Part shown: positions 1 to 11,118 of the stretch, one piece after another
How positions within the stretch are numbered: the first letter of the stretch is position 1
Layout: every line of letters starts with the position of its first letter
Origin: Macrostomum lignano
Taxonomy: Eukaryota
DNA length: 38,542 bases
Assembly (NCBI GenBank): GCA_002269645.1
Contig: NIVC01000002.1
Span: forward strand, 1-38,542
Reading direction: 5' to 3'
Notes under the pieces: model-generated
Told to the model about the DNA's origin: nothing
Database searches by the model: none
Seen by the model: only the letters and a program-made list of their open reading frames with translations
Program-made: the position numbers and the translations under genes

Positions 1-251
1 GCCGATCTAGTTACGATTTAAATCGTAAATGAAGAAATTAGACTGCATATTTAGGAGTATACATTTTAGCATTCAATATTTGAAAAATATCTTACCCAGC
101 CAGCTGGCCCAGCAGCTGGGCTTGGCAGCTGCAGGCGGGCGACGGTTTGCATCTGGAAATAAATTAATATTTACACAAATAAGCTTGCTGAATTTAATTC
201 TGTGTAATGTAATGTCCTAGTGCCTGACATAATCTGAAAGCTCAGTAAAGC

Positions 252-695
252 TTATTCTAACTTGAGACTGTGTCTGGAATCTGAGATCTGGAACTGAAAT
301 CTGGAATCTGAGATCTGGGATCTGGAACCTGAAATCTGGAATCTGAGATCTAGATAGAAAAGATATATATAGAAATGATTATGGCAGCAAATGCACGTAC
401 TAATGTCTCTCTTTTGCGGACGCGGGCCCAGCGGCGGCCGCCGCCGTCTGGCAGCCGCCTCCGCCGGTGCTGCCTCCGCCGGTGCTGCCTCCGCCGGAGC
501 CGCCGCCGGAGCCGCCGCCGGAGCCGCCGGAGCCGCCGGCGCTGCCTCCGCCGGAGCCGCCGCCGGAGCTGCCTCCGGAGCTGCCTCCGGAGCTGCCTCC
601 GCCGCCGCCGGAGCTGCCTCCGCCGCAGCCTCAGCCTCGGCGGCCCAGTCAACAGGGCCCCTTTTTGAGGCCCTCTTTCTATTTTTTTTTGCCAT
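252..695 (-). CDS. Possible short Ala/Pro/Glu-rich protein with a basic N-terminus
   Basis: ATG, then MAKKNRKRASKR, then (AAPAE)n; could be only a by-product of the repeat. Confidence 0.2.
   Translation of the reverse strand: MAKKNRKRASKRGPVDWAAEAEAAAEAAPAAAEAAPEAAPEAAPAAAPAEAAPAAPAAPAAAPAAAPAEAAPAEAAPAEAAARRRRPPLGPRPQKRDISTCICCHNHFYIYLFYLDLRFQISGSRSQISDSRFQFQISDSRHSLKLE
432..645. repeat. GC-rich low-complexity repeat (12-15 bp GCC/GGA units)
   Basis: Units such as gctgcctccgccgg and gccgccgccgga; they produce overlapping Ala-, Pro- and Arg-rich ORFs in several frames. Confidence 0.8.
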
Positions 696-1127
696 TGCTG
701 CAAATGATTACAGAAATTCTATTATATAAAATTCTAATCCTTTCGAAATTTCTGAGATCTGATATATGAAATCTGAGATCTGAAATCTGGGAGATCTGGG
801 ATTTAACTAGCTATATACTAACTGTGATTGTTAGCCAACTGTGTTTTTGTGAACAGGGTTGTTGCCTCTCCTGCACCACGCAGAGGTCATCACAACGCAG
901 GAGTGGGGATCTGGATGTATGCAAAGTGACAATAATTACCCCAGCAAAGTATACAGAATTGATTTGCAAAGTGGGCAAAGTCACAGCAGTGAACCAGATC
1001 TTCTGCCACAGCATTTTCTGCAAAGCGGCCAGTCTTGCAAAGAGACTGAGGATTGCTTTACTGAGTATAACATCAGTTAAGTTTTAAACAGACAGTTTTT
1101 TGGCTCTTAATTCGAATAGATGCATGC

Positions 1128-2170
1128 TTAACTATAGCGAAAAGCAGCCGAGCGGCCAAATAAACTGATAGTAGTCGGATTGGCTCTCGTCTCTATAGCT
1201 GAATGAGACATACCTGTTTGATTACTGTTAACACTTGAGACGCAGGCGTTAGTCAGTACAATAGCAGCTCCCTGCGGCTGCGCTTGCACTGTTGCACTGC
1301 TGTCTTCCATGTGAAAAAATTCTCGATAAGCACTGATTCCAGGTCCAAGCTCGTAGTTATCAAACTCATCAGGTTTGTCTGCCGGGATGTTCACTTCAGC
1401 ACTCGTGGCTGGTGTTGCAGTAGCCGTGGCAGGTGTTGCAGTTGCAGCGGCCGTGGCAGGTGTAGCAGTTGCAGCGGCCGTGGCAGGTGTAGCAGTTGCA
1501 GCGGCCGTGGCAGGTGTAGCGGCGCTCGAATGCCCTGCACTTTCAATAAGATCAGAATGTTGGTAATTGACAAATACCAAATCCGTATTTTCCAACTTTT
1601 CAACCAACTGAACACATTCCGCCCTGTTTAAATGATGGGGTGACTTGAAATCGAGAGAAAATCTTCCGCGTGCAAATCTGGTTTTGTTTCGCTTGTCACT
1701 CTCCATTTGCTTCCATGGAATCGGGCCTCTGTTTCCAGCTCTCTTGAAAGCAGTCGTTGCTTTCTCCTGGATTGACAGTCTCAGCTTCTTCACATCACGA
1801 AAAGCGTTGGAAGGTCCGGTAGCTTCAGCTCGAACTGATGCTTCTGTCGTAGCTTCCATTCGGGCTTGAGAGGCGATTTTTTCTTCTCGATAATATTCCT
1901 CTCCTTTCTTGATGATATCAGAAAGCTGTTTCACCGCTGCAGTTAATTCCTCTTGAACTCGGGAAGATACTCCATCAGATACGTAACATTCGGGCATATC
2001 TGTTGGTATGGATGGAGGAATAACGACGCAGAAAGATTTTTGAGCTCGTTTCAAGTCGACCAGAATGCTGCTTTTAAAATCTCTCGGACGATCTTTAGCC
2101 CTCTGCCTAAGAGCGTTTTTCTCGTCCTGCGTAAGAGCCTGGTATTCAGCCTTGAGGGCAGGTGTCCATT
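1128..2170 (-). CDS. Large exon of an uncharacterised spliced gene (HMG-box-like helix at its start, Ala/Thr repeat)
   Basis: Acceptor ttacttttag| at 2171; protein-like sequence WTPALKAEYQALTQDEKNALRQRAK...; strong donor AG|GTATGT at 1213, otherwise stop at 1128. The SVCL-rich start of the tracked 568-aa ORF is intronic microsatellite. Confidence 0.6.
1405..1520. repeat. Coding minisatellite (27-bp unit, ATPATAAAT)
   Basis: gttgcagcggccgtggcaggtgtagca repeated about 4 times. Confidence 0.85.
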
Positions 2171-2228
2171 CTAAAAGTAATTGTGGAATGTATGGGATAT
2201 ACAGAAATCGTAGATTCAGATTCAGACG

Positions 2229-2548
2229 GACACACAGAGAGACAGACAGACGGACAGACAGACAGACGGACACTCTGACAGACAGACACTCTGACAGACA
2301 GACAGACAGACAGACAGAAAGACGGACAGACACTCTGACAGACAGACAGACAGACAGAAAAACAGACACACTCTGACAGACAGACAGACAGACAGACAGA
2401 CAGAAAGACAGAAATACAGACAGACAGAAAGACAGACATACAGACAGACAGACAGAAAGACGGACAGACACTCTGACAGACACAGACAGACAGAAGACAC
2501 TCTGACAGACAGACAGACAGACAGAAAAACAGACACACTCTGACAGGC

Positions 2549-2593
<45 letters not shown>

Positions 2594-2846
2594 CACAGAC
2601 AGACAGAAATACAGACAGACAGACATACAGACAGACAGACAGAAAGACAGACGTACAAACAGACAGACAGACAGACAGACAGAAATACAGACAAACAGAC
2701 ATACAGACAGACAGACAGACAGACAGACAGAAAGACAGACAGACAGACAGACAGACAGAAAGACAGAAAGACAGACAGACAGACAGACGGACAGACACTC
2801 TGACAGACGGACAGACAGACAGAAAGACAGACATACAGACACGACA
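2229..2846. repeat. (GACA)n compound microsatellite, intronic
   Basis: About 620 bp of gaca/gaaa/gacg units. Confidence 0.95.
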
Positions 2847-2893
2847 CAGGGATAACTAGAAATATTTGACCAGACTAAAAAATTTTTACTCAC

Positions 2894-2944
2894 TTGCACC
2901 TCCGTGCTCGCTCAAAAACTGTGTGGCTGCCGTGTGAACCATAT
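2894..2944 (-). CDS. 51-bp internal exon (MVHTAATQFLSEHGGA) of the 1128-2170 gene
   Basis: Acceptor ttactctcag|, donor |gtgagt; its phase-1 end joins the 2170 exon in frame. Confidence 0.55.
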
Positions 2945-3417
2945 CTGAGAGTAAAAGTTGTAGGGAATAATTTCTCTTACGACTGTGTAATAAACAACAA
3001 CAGAAAAACTGTTTTGTTGAGCATGATTTCTACCCCTAGAATCCCTGTAATTATTTTTATTACGCTGAATTGTAGTTCACTTAAAACATACACACAAACA
3101 ACGCGTCAGTTTTAGTTTTTGGAATCATAGAGTTCTAATTAGACTTTGGAATATTTAATGACTTAGATCATAGCGATTCAAACTAAGACCCTTAATATAA
3201 AATCACTGAAATTTGCAGAATATGACAACGATCACTTAGCTAAGCTACTTAGTACTTTTTGTACTTTTTTGTCTTGATCGCCTGTCTGTCTTAAAATTGC
3301 CCAGCGATTAAAATTCGCTGGAGCTGGAGTGGCGACACTGCACCCGATTTAAAATTCAAATCAATTACGCTTCTTTATTCTAGAAATTCAATTTCTTCCA
3401 AAGTCTCTAAAAGTCTC

Positions 3418-4100
3418 TTGATCTTCTACTCTCCTCTCCCCTCTACTCTACTCTCCCCCCTCTACTCTACTTTCCTCTCCCCTTCCCCTCTACTCTACTC
3501 TCCTCTTCCCTCCCCCTCTACTCTACTCTTCTCTCCCCTCCTCCTCTACTCTACTCTCCTCTCCCCCCCTCTACTTTACTCTCCTCTACCCTTAACTCTA
3601 CTCTCCCCTCCCCCTCTACTCTACTGTCCCCTCCCCCTCTACTCGACTCTCCTCTCCCCCTCTACTCGACTCTCCTCTCCCCTCCTACTCTACTCTACTC
3701 TCCTCTCCCCCTCTACTTTACCCTCCTCTACCCTCTACTCTACTCTCCTCTTCCCTCCCCTTCTACTCGACTCTCCTCTCCCCTCCCCCTCTACTCTACT
3801 CTCCTCTTCCCTCACCCTCTACTCTACTCTTCTCTCCCCTCCTCCTCTACTCTACTCTCCTCTCCCCCTCTACTTTACTCTCCTCTACCCTCTACTCTAC
3901 TCTCCTCTCCCTCTACTCTCTGCTCTCTCCTCTCCTCTCCATCTCTACTCTACGTTTCTACTCTCCTCTCTTCACCTCTCCTTTCCCCCTCTACTCCTCT
4001 ACTCTATTCTTCTCTCCTCAGCTCACCTCTCTACTCTCTCCACACTTCTACTCTCTACTTTTCCCTCCTTATCTTTCCTCTTTCTTCTCTCCTCTCTCCG
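3418..4100. repeat. Polypyrimidine (CTCTA/CTCC)n low-complexity tract
   Basis: About 680 bp of almost only C/T with periodic A. Confidence 0.95.
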
Positions 4101-7100
4101 TACTCTGGCCCGAAGTCATGCGCTAAGTTGTCAATCTAGCCCTTGACGGCTTGAAGTAAAAATTTTGCCGACGTCTAAGTTAATGAACAAACAAACTGAA
4201 ACAAGCAAGGATCTATAATGACACTTAGCTTCTGCGTTGACTCGAAAATAGACGCCTAAGTAGAAAGTGTAGAAAAAGTGAGAGTTGAATTAGAAAATTA
4301 GAAAGAAGTAAGAAAATTATTGAGTAAGAGAGTGTAGGAAGGAAACTGAGTTTCAGTTGGAAGTGTTTAGAGTTTAGACTGGAGACTGCAGACTGCAGAG
4401 TTAGAGTTCGACGAGCTTTCCAACCGGTTCAAATCGGTTTATACTGGACAGATTGCTTTGTCTGCTTTCTGGGAATTTTCCACTCCCCATTTTCCATTTG
4501 AGGTGGGGTGGAGAAGAAGAATTTTTTGGTCGGTCGGTTTTTTTTGAAAATTTGCTGACATCAATGAGGTGGAGCGGATTCCTCGTTTGAATTGCCGCCG
4601 GCGTTGTTGAAACACGAATAAAGCCGGAAAAACTCGCGCAGATAATCTCAATGAATTTCTTCTCCTTTTACTCCGACAGCCGGGTTCTCAAGTCCGGGGG
4701 GAGGGTAGTTGTAATCGTAGCGGAGCGGTCGTAGAGCGGCACGGTCGTTCAGTTGTAGAACACAGGAGATTCTGTCTCCGTAAATTAATGCGTCGATGAG
4801 TTGAACTTGTTACTTTTAGTAGGGTAGTTGCTGCCACCACCGTAATTTACGTATTACGGAACGTTAATGTCTCAGAGCTTCTTGGAGATGAGAACTTGGT
4901 TTGTTTTACGCCCCGTGGGCAAATAACTCAAGATAGGCTATGGGCTTAATGAATTAGTTATGGAACAATATTAGCGAAATATTATTATTATTATTTTTGT
5001 TTAACTGAATATTATAGTAATGAAGATTATAGTTTAGCAGGCAGGTAAAAAGTTAATTAAGCACGACGAAGATAATTTCTCGAACAGAGCCGCGGTGCAC
5101 TAAAAGATTAAGATACGGCTTATAAAAATATTACTAAAGTCAGTCAGTCGGTCCGGGAGCCGGGGCGGAGGCTTCCTTAAAGAAAAGTTGAGAGAGAGGG
5201 TGTGAGTAGGGGGCGACCCAGTCCCGGGCCCGGGCCCGAAAAGTCGGGAATCCCGACCAAAATCGTGGCCCGACCCGGGCCCGGGCCCGAACCTAAAAAA
5301 GTCGGGAAATCGGGACAAGTCTTTTTTCCCTAAAGGCACTAACCGCGTGCGAATAAGAAAAAATTATTTTTCAACACATTCACACCAATTTACCCTTAAT
5401 TCCAGCCCCAGGAAAATGCAACTGCAACTGCAAGGCATGACTGCATGAGGCATCTCTGTCTCTGGTCGGTCACTGACCTCACCTCGACCTCACCTGACCT
5501 GACTGTGAGCGGTCTGTGATTCTATGAAGCTGTCGGTCACTCACTGTCACTGGTGACTGGTGTCAGTCAAGCTCAAGCCTTTCTGCCCTGCCCCGGCTGT
5601 CCGTGAAGTTCGGTGATGTCTGGTGCTGCTCCCATCCCGATTCCCGATGTCCAGTCCAGGTCCAGGCTGCCAAGTCCGAGTGCCGATGCCGACTCCCGTT
5701 CCCGTTCCGTCACCGTCCTGAGTCTTGGACAGCTGGACTCCTGTCCTGAGTCCTGACTCCCACTCGAGCTTGAGTCAAGTAACCCACTCACTTAACTAAA
5801 CAGTCAGATTCGAATTTTCGAGTGTACATGTACGACAATAAAATTACATACTGTTTAAAATTGATGATACATATCATACAATATACATACAATATAGATA
5901 TATGTATATATATATATGTAATACTGATAGACTGATAGTGATATCATATCTGATACCGATTTATTGAAATTGACATCGTAAAAGATTACTGACTTCTGAG
6001 TTTTGACTTTTTCCTTTTTTATCACTTTCGTTTCGTCTGGACTCCTGGAGTGGAGAAGAGAAGTTGAGTGGAGGCCGAGGCCCGAGGGTGGACTGGACTG
6101 GACTTTGAACTTTCTGGGCTCGTGGAGTGGAGTCGTGTCGTGTCTGAGGCGTGAGTCGTGACTTGTGACTGATTCGTGATTCGCGAGTTTTGTTTTGACC
6201 GTGACGGTGACTCGTGATTGTGTAGTGACTCGTGAGTCGTGATCGTGACTCCGTAAGTGACGGACTACAGACGGAGTGCTAAAAATTACAGCTATGACGC
6301 CTATGAGCTACAGGCTACAGCAGACAGACCAGAGTTGCATAAGTCATGACTTATGATTGATGACACGTTCACGTGCAAAAGACAAATGACTAAATGAATA
6401 AGTCAATTCCTCAAATGACAATTGCGTAAAACTTTGATTTGACTAAAAAATTATTCGTAAAATTACACAAAATGGCAATGCAATTGTGCAAGCAAGGACT
6501 TTATTGATAAATTAAGGCAAGGCAAACGAGCCAGCAGAAAAAGAGTTAAGAATTAAGGAGCCTTAGACTTGGAGTTAGTAATACTTGTCACTGTCAGTAC
6601 TAGATGCTACTATGTTTTCTTTAAAAGTTTTTTAGTTTTCTGTTATAAAATACTTTCTTAAAAAGTTTAAACCTAGTAGTACTAGTCGTAGTAGCATCAT
6701 AGATTCATAGTACACAACACAAGATAAAACAAAGTACGACTCAAAGTAAACAAAGTACACAAAACTAAGTACGACGTACTACGACGACTACTACTAGTCT
6801 ACGTCTACGAGTTTACGAGGTACGACTACGAGTAACAGAACAGTCACGGACTCACGGTCCCACGGAATAAATCGAATAGGAAAAAGGATGTAGGAAATTA
6901 GGAATAGATTAGTCCGAACTGATTATAATCACCGACTGACCGACCGGCTCACCTACACTTCATACAAATACAATCCCTACGGCATACGCCCAGTGTTGCC
7001 ACTCGAAAAAGACCTAATTTAGCGCAGCACAGCACTAATTTTTGCTAAATGTTGCATATTTTCTTTCATTTAAAATCGCTTGCAGTTTGCACTATGGACG

Positions 7101-7164
7101 CGCATCAAAATTGGTTAAAATCAATTAACGAATAAAAACAGTGCAGCAGGTAGTTGGTTAGTGA

Positions 7165-7265
7165 CAGGAGAGAGGGAGGGGAGGGGAGAGGCAGAGACAG
7201 GGAGGGGTAGAGAGAGAGGGAGAGAGAGACGGAGAGGGAGAGACGTTGAGGGGGAGAGGGAGAGT
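7165..7265. repeat. GA-rich purine tract
   Basis: gagagggagggg-type repeats just downstream of the transposase stop. Confidence 0.85.
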
Positions 7266-7303
7266 CGGGGCGACACATGCTAGGCTAAAATAGCGCCGTT
7301 TTT

Positions 7304-9466
7304 TTAGCGAAACTTGTAGACATAATTGATGAGCGGCAAATTAATTTGACAGAAAACTAACTTTTCAAGGGTAGAAGGCTTTAATGAAGCCCGGTTGTCA
7401 CAGAAAACATTGGACGCGATACTAAAGAGCCGCTCGCTGGCGACACTCGTAGCAGGAACACAGCAGTAGTGGCGAACAATCGGCTTCAGAAGTTCCAGTT
7501 CAGCTTCAGGCTTAGCCCAAAAGTGTAGAGGGTTGCTGGAAAGAGGCTCCAGTTCGCTAGACCAGAAGCTAGCTAGCCTATTCTTCCAGACAGCCGACCT
7601 TTTCGTTTTGCGGCGGCGACGCAGTGCTGATGCTGATGAGCTCGACGTCGACGATGCATCAGCAGCTGTAGTAGCTGCGCATGCGCGTTGTTGACTGTGT
7701 ACGAGATGCAGAAGCTTCTGCGGCGGAGGGGCTGCTGCTGCTGGTGCCGAATCGTCGTCGCCATAGTCATTGTCACTGTTGTCGGAGTTGTCACGGGCAC
7801 GGCCCACAAGAGCATCGTCCATCTTGTCGAGTTGGTGATCAATGGCTTGAAGAACTATTTCTGCAGCGCTTGATTTGTCAGGAAACCAATCGAGTTTAAA
7901 ACGCGGATCGAGAGCAGTGGCAACCATCAGGAAGGTTGTGTTGCAGTTGCCACCGTCAAGGTCGAATTCGAATCGTCGATCAATTTCGTTTGACAAGATC
8001 ATTTGAATATTTTCGATAGAACGCCTTGCTTTAGCCGACATCCCTGCTCGTACAGGAGTGACGCGTGCCAGAGAATTTTGCAGCAAACTCCCCAACGGAA
8101 TCATCAATGACACTGATGAGTCTGCTTTGCTTTCCATAAGGGTAGCATCGTCGAAAACGCTTAGCAGCTCAATAATGCATTCACAGCATTGAAACTCATC
8201 CGGGCGGAGAGAAGTAAAGTTAGCTGCTTCCGTTGAGTAGATTCCAATTGCTCTTTTGAGCTCCAATATCCGCTGAAGCATGTGCAAAGTTGAGTTCCAA
8301 CGCGTGGAAACATCAAGTATTAGAGCCTTTATTTGGCGCTTGCTGTCACTGTCTTCCCTCTCAAGATCAAAAGTCTCAGCCTCAGGCTCAGCAGTTGCAC
8401 TTGCACTCAAATAAAGATTCTTTTGAATCTCCTCAAATCTGGTGCATGCAGGCGATGAACGGTGAAAGTGGTGCACCATTTGTCGACAGGTGTTCAGAAG
8501 CTCTTTAATGTATTCATCATAATCCAGTGCAGCCTGCACAATTAAGTTCAGTTTGTGTGCAGCGCATCCAAAGTGTTCAACTTGCTGATCAAGGCTTAAA
8601 TCTAGCACAGCTCTGCGCATGTTTGCTGCATGATCAGTGACGGCGGCAATCGTTTTGTTTTCGAGATCCCACTCATGCAACAACTCTCTCAGCTTTTGAC
8701 TTAGAAAAGCTGCTGTGTGATTCTCATCCAGGATAGTAGCCGCCAAGACTGTTGAGAAGTTGGTCATGTCGGCTGAAATAGCATGAACAGTTAGGCTAAT
8801 GATTGACTTTCGCTTCTCTGACCAAATGTCTGAAGTCACTGCAGCATCATCAACTTTTGCCAAGATAAGCCTGATGGCAGCAGCGACACCATCATACATT
8901 CCAGGTAGCCTGGTGCGGTAAAACTTTTCGGTTTTTATCTGGTAGCTTGGAATAGCTTCAGCCAATAGTCGCTGGAAGCCAGGCCCTTGAACAAATTTAA
9001 ATGGCTGCTGATCAGTTGCAATCATTTCAGTTATTAGCTGGTCAAAAATAAGTGACCTCTTGTGGTTAGCTGGCCACTTTGGCTTTGGATAGCAGTCCTC
9101 AATTGTTCGTTGCACTTGCTGTGAACTTGGAACAGCAGTTGTGGTCATGGTAATGGCAGAGGCAGTTGCAGTGTTGTCAATGGTCATTGTAGTACTAGCA
9201 CTAGTACCAGCTCCAGCAGTTGCATATGAGTCATAATATGACACTATGCTCTGCTGCCGCTGCCTTTGCACTTGTACTTGCAGTTGCAGATTGACTTCCT
9301 CTTCTTCTCTGATTTCAATTTTGTGCACTCTAGCAAGATGTCGTTTAAGTCCTGATATGCTTGAATATTTTACAGCATACACTTGCTTACAAATTTTGCA
9401 CTGAGCCTTTTGCTCACCCAAAACTTCAATTTTTTCATAGTGCTTCCAAACAGCAGAACTTGCCAT
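7304..9466 (-). CDS. hAT-family (Ac/hobo/ZBED-like) DDE transposase with N-terminal BED zinc finger, 720 aa
   Basis: BED finger VWKHY...CKIC...LKRHLARVH; TSDIWS; VTDHAANM; CAAH (CxxH); TRWNS; PATSVASERLFS. The frame is open back to a tttcag| acceptor at 9522. Confidence 0.96.
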   Translation of the reverse strand: MASSAVWKHYEKIEVLGEQKAQCKICKQVYAVKYSSISGLKRHLARVHKIEIREEEEVNLQLQVQVQRQRQQSIVSYYDSYATAGAGTSASTTMTIDNTATASAITMTTTAVPSSQQVQRTIEDCYPKPKWPANHKRSLIFDQLITEMIATDQQPFKFVQGPGFQRLLAEAIPSYQIKTEKFYRTRLPGMYDGVAAAIRLILAKVDDAAVTSDIWSEKRKSIISLTVHAISADMTNFSTVLAATILDENHTAAFLSQKLRELLHEWDLENKTIAAVTDHAANMRRAVLDLSLDQQVEHFGCAAHKLNLIVQAALDYDEYIKELLNTCRQMVHHFHRSSPACTRFEEIQKNLYLSASATAEPEAETFDLEREDSDSKRQIKALILDVSTRWNSTLHMLQRILELKRAIGIYSTEAANFTSLRPDEFQCCECIIELLSVFDDATLMESKADSSVSLMIPLGSLLQNSLARVTPVRAGMSAKARRSIENIQMILSNEIDRRFEFDLDGGNCNTTFLMVATALDPRFKLDWFPDKSSAAEIVLQAIDHQLDKMDDALVGRARDNSDNSDNDYGDDDSAPAAAAPPPQKLLHLVHSQQRACAATTAADASSTSSSSASALRRRRKTKRSAVWKNRLASFWSSELEPLSSNPLHFWAKPEAELELLKPIVRHYCCVPATSVASERLFSIASNVFCDNRASLKPSTLEKLVFCQINLPLINYVYKFR

Positions 9467-10031
9467 GTAGATGAGCAGTAGCAGTTCAGTGTTAAGTGAA
9501 ATTGCAGATCCAAAAGCTAGGCTGAAATTTTTTAATAAAAGTTTTTTGAATATTAAAAAAGAAAAATTATAGAATGTAGTAGGCTGTCAAAGTCACTAGC
9601 AATGACTCAATTCTTATATGCCATGGTCAATTGGTCAATTGGTCAATAACTCTATTGGTCACTGGTCAGTCATGCTTATACTCATACTAATAGTAATAGT
9701 TAATTAGATATAAAAATCTATTTAAAAATCTGTATTAGTTAATAACTAATACATACTACATGCTACATACGTCAGTCAGGTCACAGACTCACAGGCACAT
9801 TATAAAATGAATAAATCATTTCAATTGTAATTTCAAGAATCAAGACAATATGCCTTGACAATTAGCCTACAAGTCAAATTTAAAGCAATAGATGTCTACA
9901 AGACATAAAAAAATTAAATAAGTTTAAATTCATCAATAGTATAATATTTAGTTATAATATTAACAATTATATTTTATACTTTAAATAAACTGACAAAATT
10001 AAAATTTATTTACTAGTTAGGTCGAAGTGCA

Positions 10032-10104
10032 GTCCGGAAAAATTGCCAACGAGGAGCGAAGCGAGCGAAGCGAGCGTAGCTCCTCGTTGGCAATTTTTTC
10101 GGAC
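10032..10104. other. 5' subterminal hairpin (26-bp stem, one G-T pair; loop with tandem GCGAAGC)
   Basis: gtccggaaaaattgccaacgaggagc ... gctcctcgttggcaattttttcggac. Confidence 0.95.
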
Positions 10105-10517
10105 AAACGAGACCGAGATAAGATGTCCCGGAGACTCCCCCAACGTAAAATCAACGTTTTAGAAAATAAAATTGATGCAGAGTTAAAACCACTTGAGATG
10201 AAACCATGTGTGACCCCTCTATGGACGTAAAACATTTAGGGCTACAAGATGTGTGACGTGAAAGTTCCATAGCAACGCGTCTTGGTTGCCATGGCAACAA
10301 AAAAGTGACTTTTTTTAGACCCGTCCAAATCTTGAATCTCAAAAAATAAGGATTCACAATATGGAGTCAAAAATTGATTGAACCCAACTTTTGGCGAATT
10401 TTCAGACCTTCAAGACACTGATTGGTTATTTTCCGCTAAATGCTTACCTTGATAGGTAATTCTGTAAAAGTGTGTTTTTTAAGTGTCAAAAAATGCGCAT
10501 TTTTATCAACTTTCAAC

Positions 10518-10565
10518 TGACGCAGCTCAAAGGTCGCGCGTCAGCGCGACCTTTGAGCTGCGTCA
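10518..10565. other. Perfect 22-bp-stem hairpin
   Basis: tgacgcagctcaaaggtcgcgc-gtca-gcgcgacctttgagctgcgtca. Confidence 0.95.
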
Positions 10566-11118
10566 TTCTAACAATGGCACCTGGGACTCTTACATGACGC
10601 ACGACTTTAACCAAGATACTCACTTTAACTGTACATTCGCACCTGTTAATTACATTCGAATATTCGACGGGTAGGTATTCGAACCGAAATAAAGGAAATT
10701 CAACCTTGTTGCGAGACTCTAAAAAGTACATGAATGCGGTCATTTAGGTAAGATCTACATGTTTATAATACATTTTGAGCCGTTTCGTTGCACTGACTCT
10801 GAGCCATACACTGCTAAAGTCGATAAACGTGATTTAGGCTATTTTTATGTATTTTTCATGATACAAATGTACAAAAAATAAGAAACGACGACATGCTAGG
10901 AAAATCAGACTTTTTAGGCAAGGTGCACAACTAAATTGCGCACAATATGTATATTTTGAAATTTCGTCTTAGTTTATTGAAGTCGCTGCCGGTACAGAAA
11001 TGTACTTTAACGACGGTACGGGGGGCTTGCATATCGAACATACTTTTTAGCCTGTAACTTTTGAGCGGATTACCGGAGCGCGACGCGCTTGGTGTCATTG
11101 AACTACATTTTAGATGTA

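Noticed and set aside
811-1087. Cys-rich ORFs as a further exon of the 1128-2170 gene
   Set aside because: Several acceptors and frames are possible and no recognisable domain supports any of them.
2146-2899. Long SVCL/RQTD-type ORFs
   Set aside because: They are translations of the (GACA)n microsatellite.
3418-4146. 242-aa Leu/Ser/Pro ORF
   Set aside because: It is a translation of a stop-poor polypyrimidine tract.
218-5341. tagtgcct...aggcacta as TIRs of a 5-kb element
   Set aside because: Only 8 bp match and the flanks give no TSD.
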